Counted from the stretch's first letter, positions 1 to 13,075 are shown. The stretch is DNA of 64,000 bases from Carcharhinus longimanus (GCA_030264375.1 JASCQW010000190.1:76066084-76130083), one strand, 5' to 3'. Numbers and translations are program-made. The notes: generated by a model from the sequence alone, not told the origin.

Positions 1-448
1 GGATATTCCTGGCCAGGGATGGAATAAATGGTCTGTCAGGGAGTGGGGGGGTGGGGGGATCTCCACTGCTGGGGGGTGGGGCCTGGGCATCAGGATGGGG
101 GATTCAGGGCTGGCCCGGAGTTGTTGTGGGGCCCATGATTGGATCATGGATAGGGCTAGAGAGGCAGTACTGCGGGGGTCTCGGGCTGGCCAGCAATTGA
201 ACTGCCCAGGAAACAGGGTATCTGACAGATTGGGACCACTGTGCATGTGCAGAGTTCCAGACTCAGGAGTGAATTATCTCTGTTTCCACCGCCCCCCCCC
301 ACATCCCCCTACCCACCCACCTGGGTTTTTAATGAGATTCATGACTGTGACCTCTGAAGTGCACAGGTTCAGGTGAGAAGCTGAACTGAGAAAACAGTTG
401 AAATCTAGAACAGTTTTCCCGCCAATTCAGCACTTTTGGGAGAATTGC
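1..448. mobile_element. End of a GC-rich non-autonomous (MITE-like) element
   Basis: Terminus cagcacttttgggagaattgc; the homologous terminus occurs in the opposite orientation at 46759-47035. Confidence 0.55.
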
Positions 449-459
449 AGTCAATATTC

Positions 460-1070
460 AAGATATGGCCTCATCAATGCATAGCATTTTACTTTTCCAT
501 TCAATTCTTCTTGTGATAAAGGATAGTATTTCATTAGTCTTCTTATTTATTTGCTGTACCTGCATACTAACCTTTTTTGACTTGTGCACGGGAACACCTA
601 GATTCTTCGGCATCTTAGAATTCTGCAGTTGTTCTCCATTTAAGTAATGCACTATTTTTTTTATTTTTGCTGCCCAAATAAACAACACCATATTTTCCCA
701 CATTATGCTCCATCAACCAGATTTTTTGTCCATTCAGGCAACCTATCTATATCTGTCCACAACCTCCTTACGCCCTCTTCACAACATACTTTCCTACCTA
801 TTTTTGTGTAATTTAGCTACCATGCCTTCATCCCTCTCCCAAAAGTGCTGAATTGGTGGGAAAACTGTTCTAGATTTCAACTGTTTTCTCAGTTCAGCTT
901 CTCACCTGAACCTGTGCACTTCAGATATAAATGGTAAAAACTTGAGGCCCCAGCTCAGGCCCCTTCATCATCATGTTTTACTAATCAGAAAAAGATACCC
1001 TTCTGCATCGTCTGTTTTTTGCCAGCCAGCCAGTCTTCTGTCCATGGGAATATGTTACCTTCTACACCAT
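460..1070 (-). mobile_element. CR1 (HER1-like) LINE RT fragment
   Basis: Peptide YLNGEQLQNSKMPKNLGVPVHKSKKVSMQVQQINKKTNEILSFITRRIEWKSK is typical of the CR1 ORF2 C-terminal region. Confidence 0.75.
836..925 (-). repeat. 90-bp inverted copy of 353-442
   Basis: 89 of 90 bases match the reverse complement. Confidence 0.95.
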
Positions 1071-1817
1071 GAGTTTCCATTTTTGTTTGCAGCATTGCAA
1101 CTTGCAAAAAAAAAGTTACAGTCAATTTGGGAAACCAATTATCAGGAGCAGAGGAGAACATCAGAATTTTGGCAATAAAGATTAAAGTTAGTATATTCAA
1201 CTCTTTAGCGCTGCAGTATAATTAGGAACCCATTAACTGTCAGTATTCAAATGTGAACTGGTAAATCAGCATTTAAGTAACGTACAAGATAAGACGAGTA
1301 AGTTGCTCATAGTTAATTACTCATGTGTCAGGAACAGCCTTTCCAAAGGTTGCTGTTTAATGACATACTGGTTATACAGCTGTATGTACTTAACAAATTA
1401 AACTTAGCTTCCATCTCCTTTGTCATTCCTGCACCCAAACAAAAAGCAGTAGCAGGCAAGAAATGATGGAAGATGCCCAGGAAGCAGGAACAAATCAACA
1501 GTAAGCTTGACATCTGCTAGGATACACTGACACTGTTTGCCTTTTATCACTGATGCAAAAATTGGTTGCCAGGGCTGAACGGTATGGATGTGTTGATATC
1601 ATGACAGATGATACTATTCATCCATTTGCATTTCACCACAATCCCCGCTATTGGGTGACAAAGAAGGCAAAGAGAAGAGGATGTGGAAAGTCGGCACTCT
1701 GTGATCTGTAGGAGAGCAGACTTGAGATGGCTAATCTGAGTAAAATGTCAATCTATTTGATCTTCCAGTCTCACAAAAGCAGAGCAATTGACCGAGTCCA
1801 GAGGCTGTAAAACTCCA

Positions 1818-2170
1818 GAGGTGCGATAGCAGAGTGGTTAGCACTGCTGCTTCACAGCCTCAGGGATCTGGGTTCAATTCCGGCCTTGGATGACTGTTTG
1901 GAGTTTGCACATTCTCCTTGAGTCCATGTGGGTTCCCTCCAGATGCTCTGGTTTCCTCTCACAGTCCAAAGATATGCAGGTTGGGTGGATTAGGAGACAT
2001 GCTAATTTACCCCTTAGTGTCCCAAGATGTGCAGGTTAGATGGATTAACCATGGTAAACGTCTGGGTTTACAGGGATAGAGTGGGAGAGGACTGGGTTAA
2101 ATACTCTGTAAGAGAGCTGGTGTAAACTTGATGGGCTGAATGGCCATTTCTGCACTGTGGGGATTCTATG
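1818..2170 (+). mobile_element. HE1-type V-SINE (tRNA head, V domain, CR1/HER1 tail)
   Basis: A box agtggttagc, B box ggttcaattcc, V core gtttcctctcacagtccaaagatatgcagg, tail tgcactgtggggattctatg. Confidence 0.85.
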
Positions 2171-2989
2171 AATAGTATTTCTAAGAGATGCCAATGCAGG
2201 TTCAGCAGCCATAAGCCATGAAATGAGAACACAACTTCTTGGTTGACTCCACAGTATGGATGCTATGGTGAGAACCAAGTGGAGGCCTGAGGTTGTTCAA
2301 AGTTGTGGAAATTCTGTTCATTATCCATAACAGTATTGGAACTCCAAAGCTGGAGATTGCACCCATTCCTGGCAGTTCCTAATTTTATCATTGGGGGAAT
2401 GGGGGCAAGATTCACACATGGGGAAAACGTGAATTCAATAGAGCCATTAGAGCCAGTACTGAGTTCAAATAAACCCCATTTTCACTGAAGCAAGATCCAT
2501 TTCCTGCAGTATTTGACTTACGATTTTTAGGGTAGACATGAATGTGCAGAAAAGTTGGATAAGTTACGTGAAGCTGTCAAACTGTCCAGTCATTTAATCC
2601 CATGCTCCTTAACATTTGAAAAAAAGGTCTTTGAGTTGAAAGAAAACTGTCTTTGCAATTTCAATAGCTGTTTGTTGACATGATCTTGGCTGCTACCACT
2701 ATAACCTTATTTTTACTGCTTGACTGTTTCTACAACCTGACATACTCACCGTGGTTATTTAAGTCCATAGTTTGACTAACAGCTTAAATAGGTTATTAAG
2801 GGATCATCCAACATTTTGATATTGGATGAAGCACGCAAATGTTTAAGGGATTAAGTACTTGATAACATTTAATTATATTGAATGGGCTTTTATCAAAGAG
2901 AGAGTTATTTCATCCAGTGAAGTCGATAATATATACTTCAAACTTTATTTTATTTAACCTAGGAATGACGTCTGAGGTCTGTCCATGTG

Positions 2990-3192
2990 GTGCATATATG
3001 GAATGAACTGCCAGAGGCGGTATAAAGACAGGAACACTAACAATATTGAAAAGGCATTTGGACAGGTACATGGATGAAAGGGTTTCGAGGGACATGGGCC
3101 AAATGCAGGCAAATGGGACTAGCTCAGCTTAGAAAACCTGGGCAGCCTGGATGAGTTGAAGGGCCTGTTTCCACGTTGTACATCTCTATGAC
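2990..3192 (+). mobile_element. CR1 LINE 3' end
   Basis: tggaatgaactgccagag..gacaggtacatggat..gaagggcctgtttcc..tctatgactccatg tail. Confidence 0.7.
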
Positions 3193-3529
3193 TCCATGTT
3201 GAATTCTGGGTAAATTGGGTTACAGAGTGCAAGGGCAAAATGTGGTGGTTGGGGAGAATGATTGGTATGAGTTGGCACAGAGTTGACATACGGACTATAA
3301 GGCACCATGAGTATGAGGGGGTATTGTGCATCAGCTGGCATGAGATGTAGGAATGTGTGGATGTCATAGGTTGGCATGTAGTCTATCACTGCTGATAATG
3401 GTGTTTAGAGGAGCATGTCTTGGCTATGGGTAGGAATTGCGTGAAAGCATGAGCTTGCATGAAGAAGCATGTGGAGGTTGTGAGTGAGGGACTAACAATG
3501 GGATAAAATTCCACAGCACTGAGATTTTT

Positions 3530-3880
3530 TTAAAAAATTCATTCTTGGGATATGGATGCCTTTGGCTAGGCCACTATTTTTTGCCCATCCTAATTGTCCT
3601 TGAGAAGGCAATGGGGAAGTTCCGTCTTTAATCATTTCAGTCCAAGTAATGTAGGTACACTCACACTGATGTCAGGGAGGAAGTTCCTTCAACCTAGTGG
3701 CATCGAAGGAATAGTGATGCATTTCCAAGTCAAGATGGTGAGTGGCTTGGAGGGAAAGTTCCAGGTGGCGGCATTTCCTTGTGTCTGTTCCCTTTTCCTT
3801 CTTGATGGCAACAGTTATGGGAATGGAAGGTACTGTCTAAGGAGACTTGATGAGTTTCTGCAGTACATCTTGTAGATGGC
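3530..3880 (-). mobile_element. 3' end of a CR1/L2-group LINE ('family B', tail GGGATGGGCAATAAATGCTGGCC...CATCCC..GAATGAA)
   Basis: Same sequence family as 16765-17200, 30235-31430, 54300-55195 and 63575-63740. Confidence 0.7.
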
Positions 3881-3881
3881 A

Positions 3882-4739
3882 CTGTTAGGAAAATGAAGGG
3901 AGTTTTAAGAGATTTATATTTGTATCGGTAAACAATATAAATAAGGTGTTGTTTTAAGGGGTTAAATTTAATGTTTCTATGCAAGAAAGGCTAAACTTAT
4001 CATTAGATTTGTGCTAGACAAGAGTATTTGTATGTGTGGAGTTTTTGGCTTCATATGAAGTTGTGCTTCTATTGTGCTTAGTAGAGAAAGTTAAAGTGTG
4101 AAGAGTATGTAGGACCTTGCAGATGTAGTAGTCATCGCTTAGCAATTGGTGATTTTTCAAAGTGGAAAAGCTTAACTAGAAGCCAGGGCAGTTGACGATA
4201 AGACGTCGGTCGGAAAGTGAACATTCTCAATTCTGCCAGAAGAAAGACTGCATAGGACAAAGGAGCTGTGAAGAGGCAGACTTCCCAAAGAACCAGACAA
4301 AGTCCAGATAACCTGTCTTAGGAAGGCTCAAATGTAGAAAACAGTGACCAAGAAATTTGTCAGAGGAAAATTCAAGGGAAAAGCAGATAAAATGTTGTGA
4401 GTGAAAGTGACAGCTGTAGTAACCAGAATTAATGCAGGCAATCAGATGTGGGAGCTAAATCAAAAGTTTGATGCCATCTTAATAAATCTGTGAATCAATT
4501 GTTAAAACAATTATTAATAGCTTGTATAACAGTCAAGACAAAAAAAATCCTGAAGGGCTCACTGTAAGGCCTAGATGCTGGACTCTTTATTAACAGTAGA
4601 GAAAAGCTTTGTTTAAAAGGCTCATTTAGAAACCTGGACTGGATTTTAGAATGCAAACTGGTGATGGAAAACATTTTTGTGAAAAAATATTTTAAAAGTG
4701 TATTTTTTGGAAGTGGGCTTTGGAAACTTTCATATGACA
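3882..4739. mobile_element. Possible solo-LTR-like insertion
   Basis: Begins TGTT where the family-B LINE stops and ends TGACA; composition is LTR-like; no TSD or PBS found. Confidence 0.3.
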
Positions 4740-5799
4740 ATCACCCGGGGGGACATTCTGAGGAGAAATTCACATACATTAACTTGAGAGTGTTTACTGC
4801 CGATACCATTGCTGAAACCCATTTTGTGNNNNNNNNNNNNNNNNNNNNNNNNNNNNNNNNNNNNNNNNNNNNNNNNNNNNNNNNNNNNNNNNNNNNNNNN
4901 NNNNNNNNNNNNNNNNNNNNNNNNNNNNCCCATTTTGTGGCATTGCCTGTAGGAATTGTGTCATCGAATGTTATCATCCCATAGAGCTCATTGACATCTT
5001 TCTGCTTCATGGCCACTACTACTGTTTTCGGAGCACAAACTATTGGTGAACCAAATCATCCAACCTCATGTGGCATGCAGCTGGTAGCTTACCAATGATG
5101 TCACAGTTGAAGCAGTCCCTTTATGCTGTCATCTCGAGGGCTTGGAGATGTAGACCATTCACTTCTGGACCAAATTGATTGACCCCAATGCAATGCTGTC
5201 CCAAAGTTTGAATAAAGGCATTACATTCTGGTCAACTGCATGGAATTTGAAATATTCGTGTGTGGCAGCCTGCCACAACTTTAGCATACACTGTCTGTCT
5301 GCCATAAGCAACTAGCTCCGCCTAGGTGCTGGAATCTGGTGCTGCATAAGGTCTATTTCCTATCATCTTGGCTGGATAGTGCATTATCCTTTGTTCCACT
5401 GTCAACTGAACTTTGAGTCTGCATTACTGTTCATAATGTTGAGCATAGTTAAGATCTCACTCTTTCCTGCGATATTATCAACACTGTTGTGACAGAGGGT
5501 TGTTGTTGGATCTGTAGCTTCACAGCTTCGGTTGAACTCTAATTTGTTTACCTTGCTGACCCCTGGAGGATCAAACCGCTGCCATGTTGCTGATGACAGA
5601 GAAGGGTTGCTGTAGTTTAGATCTGCAGCCTTTAACAAAATGACTCTTATTTTCCCCATTCATTGANNNNNNNNNNNNNNNNNNNNNNNNNNNNNNNNNN
5701 NNNNNNNNNNNNNNNNNNNNNNNNNNNNNNNNNNNNNNNNNNNNNNNNNNNNNNNNNNNNNNNNNNNNNNNNNNNNNNNNNNNNNNNNNNTCATTACCC

Positions 5800-5990
5800 A
5801 TCCTTAATTTTGTTTATTCATTTGTGGGACATGGGTGTTGCTGGCTGGCCAGCATTTATTGCCCATCTCCGTTTGCCCTTGGAGGGCAGTTGAAAGTCAG
5901 CCACATTGCTGTGGCTCCAGAGTCACACCATGTAAAGACTGCAGATTTCCTTCCCTAAAGGACGTTAGTGAACCAGATAGGTTTGTGGAA
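5800..5990 (-). mobile_element. tRNA-derived SINE with the family-B LINE tail, partial
   Basis: Reverse match to 6880-7195. Confidence 0.7.
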
Positions 5991-6249
5991 TACTTAGTGA
6001 TTTAGTCTACCGTGAGAAAAAGACTTAATGTTATAAGCAGCCATCAATATCTGAATGTTAAATGAACAATCAGAGAACTGAAGCAGAGACTTTATGTGGG
6101 AAACTGAGGTATTCACAGTACAGGGGACGCCAAGCTCCAACTGTAGCAGCCAGCATCCAGCAAACAGAACAGCTTGTTTTGCATATGGCAAAAGATGCAA
6201 TAAATGCAGGAAATGGAACCATTTTGCTAGCTTCATTACATTGACACCT

Positions 6250-7560
6250 CATTTGTAGGCATGCTCTTAGCATGTCCTCCTACATTCTTCATTGAACCAG
6301 GGTTGATTCCCTGGCTTGGTGATAATGGTAGAGTGAGGGATATGCTAGATTATGAGTTACGGATTATGGTTGAGTACAACTCTGCTGTTGTTGATGACTC
6401 ACAGCGCTTCATGGTTTCCCAGACTTGAGCTCCAAGATCTGTTCAAAATCTGTCCTATTTAGCATAGTGGTCATTCCACATAATGCAACAGAGACTATCC
6501 TTAAAATGAAGACGGGACGTTATTTCCACAAGGACTGTGCAGTGGTCACTCTATTGATATTGTCATGGATAGATGAGTCTACAGCATTCAATTTGATGAG
6601 GATTGGATTAAGTTTTTTCTCTCTTCTTGGCCACCTCCCACAGATCCAGTCTTGCAGCCTTTAGTATGTGGCCAGCCAGGACTGTCATGGTGTTACCGAA
6701 CCATTCTAGGTGATTGACATTAACGTGTTACACTTTCGGGATGAATGTGTGAATAAATATTAAAGTCTCCCATCTAGAGTATATACTGTGCCCGTTGCAC
6801 CCTCAGTACTCTCACCAAACGGTTTTCAACATGGAGGAGTGCCAATTCATCAGCTGAGGAGGGACGTTACAGATATGAAGACCTAGTGGTATCATTACTT
6901 GATTATTAATCCAGAAACTCAGCTAATGGTTGAATTGCACCATGGCGGATAGTGGAAAAAAAATCTGAAATTAAGACTCTACTGATGACCATGAAACCAA
7001 TGTCAATAGGTGGAAAATCCAATCTGGTTCACTAATGTCCTTCAGGGAAGGAAATCTGCCATCCTTACCTGATCTGGCCTCCATGTGATTTCTGAGCTAC
7101 AGTAATGTGGTTAACTCTCAACTGCCCTCGGGCAACTAGGGATGAGCAATAAATGCTGGCCAGCCAGCAATGCCCATGTCCGACGAATGAATAATCAGGT
7201 ATCTTCCTTGCCCATATTTGACCTGATATCATGAGACTTCATGGAGCCCAGTCAATGTTGAGGATTTCCAGGGCAACTCCCTTTTGACTGTATTTCACTG
7301 TGCCACCACCTCTGCTGGGTCAGAACGTTTAGACACAAGAATGGTAATGGTGGTGCCTGGGGCATTTTCTGTAAGGTATGAGTCTGTGAGGATGACTGGT
7401 CAGTGAAGCAACTCTCCAAATTTTGGCACAGGCCCCTAGATGTTAATGAGGTTGAATTTACAGGGTCAACAGGGCTAGCTTTCCTGTTATCTTTTCCACC
7501 GGTTGGTCCACCAAGTTTCACTCCTTCTTGACTTTTTGCAGTTGATACAACTGAATAGTT
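6250..7560 (-). mobile_element. Family-B LINE internal (endonuclease-region) fragments with a SINE nested at 6880-7195
   Basis: gacattaa..aagtctcccatctagagtatatactgtgcc (reverse of the LWVGDFNVH-like endonuclease region); resumes at about 7196 with aggtatcttccttgccc. Confidence 0.55.
6880..7195 (+). mobile_element. tRNA-derived SINE with the family-B LINE tail
   Basis: tagtggtatcattact..gaccatgaaacc..gggaaggaaatctgcc..aataaatgctggccagccagc..gaatgaataa. Confidence 0.75.
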
Positions 7561-7850
7561 TGTTAGGCTACTTCAGAAGGTGCTTAAGAGTCAAACACAT
7601 GGACTGGACTTATGCGTAAGCCAAACTGGTAAGGACTGCAGGGAGACTTCCTTCTCTGAAATGCAGATTGTTTTTGCATTAGTCCATGATAGTTTCATTG
7701 TAGCCGTTCCTGAAGTTAGCTTACAGATTTGATGAATTGAATTTAAATTCCATCAGCTTTCATGGTGGGACTTGAACCTGTACCTACGGAGCATTAGCCT
7801 GCATTATAAGATTACTGGACCAATGACATCACCATTACGCCATCATCTTC
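7560..7850 (-). mobile_element. Older copy of the same SINE family
   Basis: gaatttaaattccatcagc..ttgaacc..attactggaccaatgacatcaccattacgcc. Confidence 0.6.
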
Positions 7851-8499
7851 CCCAAGGTTCAGCATCCAACTGACTTGACATACTCAGAAAAAAGGGGAAA
7901 ACAACGAGATGTACCATTGATATCAAGTACATGCTAGATCATTAGCTCTAAACTAGGTCGCCATGCTCAGGAGACAAGAGACACCCACAGTATTAGACTT
8001 TAGGGGTGAATGTGGGAATAAATAATCCTCCTTGTTTAAACCCATAAAAGCCTGCTGCTGATGACTTAAATTGACCACACAGTCAACGGGTGGCAAACAC
8101 ATCTTCCTTAAAAGAAAACACTGATTATAGACACTAAGTGAAAGGAATTGGGGATTCAGATCTCTCTCATCCCCACCTGTAACAGTAGAGGAAAGCAAGA
8201 AAACAAACTCAGCAGCCCACAGACTGTCATACGGTTTTGTTGGACTGACTGTAGCTCCCAGAATAGCATTTTAAAAAGCAGCTAAAACAGATGCTATAGG
8301 ACCGTCATGACTTTGCATCAGGTAAAGTGATGTAAATAGATGGAAGGAAAATGTCAAACTATTGATTTCATTCCCCTGAATTGTATTAAATTATGACAAG
8401 AGTGCAAATATACCAATCAGTAAAAGTTGTGCCATAGGTTAACAGGACCATGAAATAAGCAAACCAAGGCTATATTTTCCAGAGGAATAAAATTTTTAA

Positions 8500-8905
8500 A
8501 GTAGGAACATTGGGGTAAGCATGTATGGAACCATGGTCAGCCATACCGCATGCAATTCTGGTCACCATGTTATAAACAGTATATGGGGTCACAAAGGAAG
8601 GTTCATAGAAGATTGATAAGGATGAAAGCAGAATTATGTTGATATACTTATCTGGAAAGGATTGACAGGCTAAGCCGCTTTTCTCATGAAAAAAAAGGCT
8701 GAACAGTGACCGAAGAGAGGACTTAAATGTTTTGCAATGTTTTGATAGAATGGACACAGTGAGGATATTTCCTCTTGAATTCGTAACTGTAGCCCATCAA
8801 TGTGAGATTGTTACCAAGAATTCCAATGGGGATCTCGGAAGCAACCTGAAGAGTGGTGAGAGTGTGGAACTCATTATCATAGGGAGTGGTTAAAGTGAAT
8901 GGTGT
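8500..8905 (+). mobile_element. Old CR1 LINE fragment
   Basis: Degenerate caattctggtcacc..gtggtgagagtgtggaactc motifs. Confidence 0.55.
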
Positions 8906-9244
8906 CTCTTTTAAGTTTTCCCGTTTTAAGTCATTCTGCTTTAACATTGTGATATAATAGGGCCAGTGTGTATATTTAGTGTCAAGATTTCTGTCTTAGT
9001 GTTGTTTCGCACTACGCCAACGGAGCATCATGGGAGCCAATCAGGGCCATTATGGGGCAGTCTCTCCTACGTGCTGATGCATCCATACCCCAACTCACCC
9101 ACACACTGTCTCTCCCATATCTCTCCCAAACTGTCAGATCCCAAACCCGCCAACTCCCAACCCTTTCAATCCCATTTGTGGGAAAGTGAAGTGTGAGGGT
9201 CAGGTGAGGGAGACTCGGTGAATAGGGAGTAAGTAGAAGGAAAT

Positions 9245-10430
9245 ATTTGATTTGATTTGATTTGATTTATTATTGTCAAATGTATTGGCATGCAGTGAAA
9301 AGTATTGTTTCTTGCTCACTTTACAGACAAAGCATACCGTTCATAGAGAAAGAAAAGAGAGGGTGCAGAATATAGTGTGGCTGTCACAGCTAGGGTGTAG
9401 AGGAAGATCAACTTAAGATAAAGTAGGTATATTCAAAAGTCTGATGGCAGCAGAGAAGAAGCTGTTTTTGAATAAGTTGGTATGTGATCTCAGACTTTTG
9501 TATCTTTTACCCGGCAGAAGAAAGTGGAAGAGAGTATGTCCAGGGTGCCTGGGGTCCTTGATTATGCTGGCTGCTTTCCTAAGGCAGTGGGTCGACAGAG
9601 TCAATGGTGGGAGGCTGTTTTGCATGATGGACTGAGCTTCGTTCATGACTCTTCGAAGTTCTTTGTGGTCTTGGAAGAGCAGGAGCCATACCAAGCTGTG
9701 ATACAGAAAGGGTGCTTTCTATCGTGCATCTGTAAAAGTTGTTGAGANNNNNNNNNNNNNNNNNNNNNNNNNNNNNNNNNNNNNNNNNNNNNNNNNNNNN
9801 NNNNNNNNNNNNNNNNNNNNNNNNNNNNNNNNNNNNNNNNNNNNNNNAGCCATACCAAGCAGTGATACAGAAAGGGTGCTTTCTATCGTGCATCTGTAAA
9901 AGTTGTTGAGATTCATAGCGGACACGTCAAATTTCCTTAGCCTCCTGAAAAAAATAAGGGTATTGGTGGGCTTTCTTAACTAAAGCATTAGCGTGGAGGG
10001 ACTAGGACGAATTGTTAGTGATCTGGACACATAAAAACTTGAAACTTCATCCCCATTGATGGAGATAGGCGCATGTCCTCCACTATGCTTCCTGAAGTCG
10101 ATGGCTATCTCCTTTGTTTTACTGACATTGAAGGAGAGATTATTGTTGTTGCACCAGTTCACCAGGTTCTCTATCTCTTTCCTGTACTCTGTCTCATCAT
10201 TGTTTAAAATCTGACCCACTATGGTGGTGTCATCTTGAAAATTCAGTTGGAAGCAAACTTGAAAACTGAGTTGGAAAGAAACTTGTCCACACATTCATAG
10301 GTATATAAGGAGTAGAGTAAGGGGCTGAGGATACAGCCTTGTTGGGCATCGGTGTTGAGGATGATCGTGGAAGAAGTGTCATTGCTTATCCTTATTGATT
10401 TCAGTCTGTGAGTTAGGAAGTTTAGGGTAT
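9245..10430 (-). mobile_element. Rex1/Babar-clade LINE, 5'-truncated and decayed
   Basis: RT fragments F(Q)DDTTIVGQILNNDETEYRKEIENLVNWCNNNNLSFNVSKTKEIAIDF and NFYRCTIES..CITAWYG, followed by a (CAAAT)n 3' tail at about 9246-9270. Confidence 0.85.
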
Positions 10431-12859
10431 TTTATATTCAATGTTATTTCATTTACAAATATAGGAATTTAGGATTGTAAGCATTTCACCTTTGCGTATA
10501 ATGTTTTAATGTTTTTTTCTGATGGAAAGGAGCCTACAGAACCGAGCTGCATTTTACATTGATTGTAATGGGAAAATCTGACTAATGTTTCATTTGAAGT
10601 AATACCTTTCAACAACAATTCTAAGGAAGAAATTACTGTAAGTGCATTTAAGGGGAAGGTAGACAAGCGTATGAGAAGGGAGTAGAGGATAATAAGAAAG
10701 ATTTAGATGGTGGAAAGATGGGGTGAGACTCCAGTGGATTATAAGTGCTTGTATAGTTTGTTTCCGTGCTACATGTAATCCAGTGTGAAAGCTTTGCGTA
10801 CAGCTGGAGCTAAACTGCCTTCATCTGATAATCAGGTTCACAGGAATTTGTCAGTGTAGCAATACATGGACACATGTACGTTAGATGTCTCAGCTGAGAA
10901 TTGTCTCCATGCCTGACTGCTCTCTTTATCTTACCTGCCCTTCATAACGCATGCCTATTGGAAGCCAGAGACTTGGGATTTAATTGATAAAATCCTGGTG
11001 CTCAATTCTCCTTCTGAATATTGTTGAGGAACAATAAACACTAAAAAATACGCTCTTTCACAAGAACCAAAGAAGTTACACATTTGCCATCAGCTGCTCT
11101 CCTCAAGGTGAAAGGTAGTCTTGTGGGTGAGGTTCCTCGCTGAGGGTCTGTTCGGGAAACATATTTACTATATTGACATTATTTTCACTGAGCTTAAGTG
11201 ATAATGTTGCGAATTGCATAAGCAGTAAATGCATTTTATTAAGGATGAAAATTGCCCCATTAAAACTAATTGCTCTTGGATTATCAAGGTCGGATCATGA
11301 TGAAATATTGGTGAACACTCTGGATAAACCAACTGACAAAAAAATTATTGTTTTTTCTGAAGATGTTGAACTTACTGGTGACATGAATCCCCAGTACGTA
11401 TACGGGGATTTACTGCGATTGCATGGGACATTTTGCTCCCTTTTTGCTATGGGTACACAACATCATAAGTGGCCTGAACTTCAGGCTGTTACCCCAAATA
11501 TTTCATTGCTCCCAAGCACTGCTTCAAAAGCTCTTCAAAATGAATGGCTTTTTTTTATTGTCTCATTAAGTCAGACAGAAGGTTTGGAAGGAGAGGAAGG
11601 AAAAATAAGGAGAATGGTGGTCCAAAGCACACAGATTATGTATTGGCCCTCGTGTACTAATCAACGACACCAAATGTTTTTTAAAGAGGGGTTAGAATAT
11701 ATATCATGAACTGCGCAATAGCTTTGGGAAAAATATCCACCGAATTGAACACTAGTCGTAAAAGAGCTGAAATGTGGCATGGGGTAAATACTTCACTCAA
11801 TGCAAACAAAGATATTTGCTACAAAAATGTTAATGGCATATTAACCGACCAAAGTTAATAATTTTGTCAGTCAGTAATAAAAGAATACACAGAATTATTC
11901 TATTACTCTTCTCCCTTTTAACATTAGAGAACAAATGAAACACTATCACCTACAAGGAATTGTCAGGCTCTGAACAAATTATAAATCATTACATTGAAAG
12001 TTAGTATTATCAAATCCCATCAAATGTTCATTGGAGTTGGAATTGCATTTCGCACATGAACATAATAAGTGCAGCTCTTTCTTATCAGATAAATCTAGTG
12101 TATCATTCATAACGTTCACTCGACTCATTACAGTGAAAAAAAGTAATTAGTATAAATTTAGACCACGTACAGACAAGACTTCTATTTGGCATGAATCATT
12201 CTGATAGTGAATTTTACAAAACTTTGGCCTTTAATTGCAAAAAAATTCTTCCATGTAGTGATGAATATGTATGTATTTTTGTGCAGTAGAGGTGGTTGAG
12301 GAGTGGTGTGGTGGATTTAGGGGGTTGGAGTAAGAGTGGCTCAGGAATTAGTGAGATGGGGATTGACAGAGAGAACAGAGGAGGTGGTTTTAATCAATAA
12401 ACTATTTATATTCGAGCCCCTGCTGGCTCAGGCAATCATATCCATCAACCAACTGAGGCGAACTACATTTCCCTCCCTCTGGCAAGACCTAATCCTGCCT
12501 CTTATACTGTCGACTGGAGAGGGTAAAAAAATCTATCACTGATATTAACCCTGGCATTGCAGCAGCATACTTGTATATAACCTTTCTAATTTTATTTTAA
12601 TTAGACATCAACATGAAGGGCTAAATCTCAACGCAACTTACTGAAAAGAGCAGGAGAGAGGACAGGTTAGGTCAGCAAGCCATCATCTAGCGATATCCAA
12701 GTTTAGTTGGATGTAAAATTACGGAAGGAGAACAAGAATAAAGGGATTGAAGAGCCCCGTGCTTTTAGCTGAAAAAATAGTGACTGATGTTGAAAGCAAA
12801 CATGTACCAAGAAAGTACATTTTGAAAGATCTAAAACTGTAAATGTATGAGTTTGCTAT

Positions 12860-13075
12860 GCATCACAAGTAAGCTACTCACTATCTCGATAATCTCCAGC
12901 CCCACAACTCTCCAAGCCATCTGTGTTTCCCCAATTGTACCATTGGACATCCCTGATTTTAAGCACTCCACCATTGCTGGCTGTGTCTTCAACTGCCTAG
13001 TGCTAAACTCTAGAATTTCCTTTATAAACCTCTCAATCTCATTACTTCACTTTGCTCTTTTAAGGCATATCTGCT
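12860..13075 (+). mobile_element. L2-like LINE 3' fragment
   Basis: ctccagccccacaac..ccaccattgctggctgtgtcttcaactgcctag..tagaatttcc matches the recalled L2 ORF2 end. Confidence 0.55.

Noticed and set aside
9685-9912. Apparent tandem duplication around the N gap
   Set aside because: Near-identical sequence on both sides of a 100-N gap is a contig-overlap artefact.
11173-11709. 178-aa ORF on the plus strand
   Set aside because: Non-ATG (TTG) start, no recognisable domain or splice context, and antisense within an intron; most likely a chance ORF.
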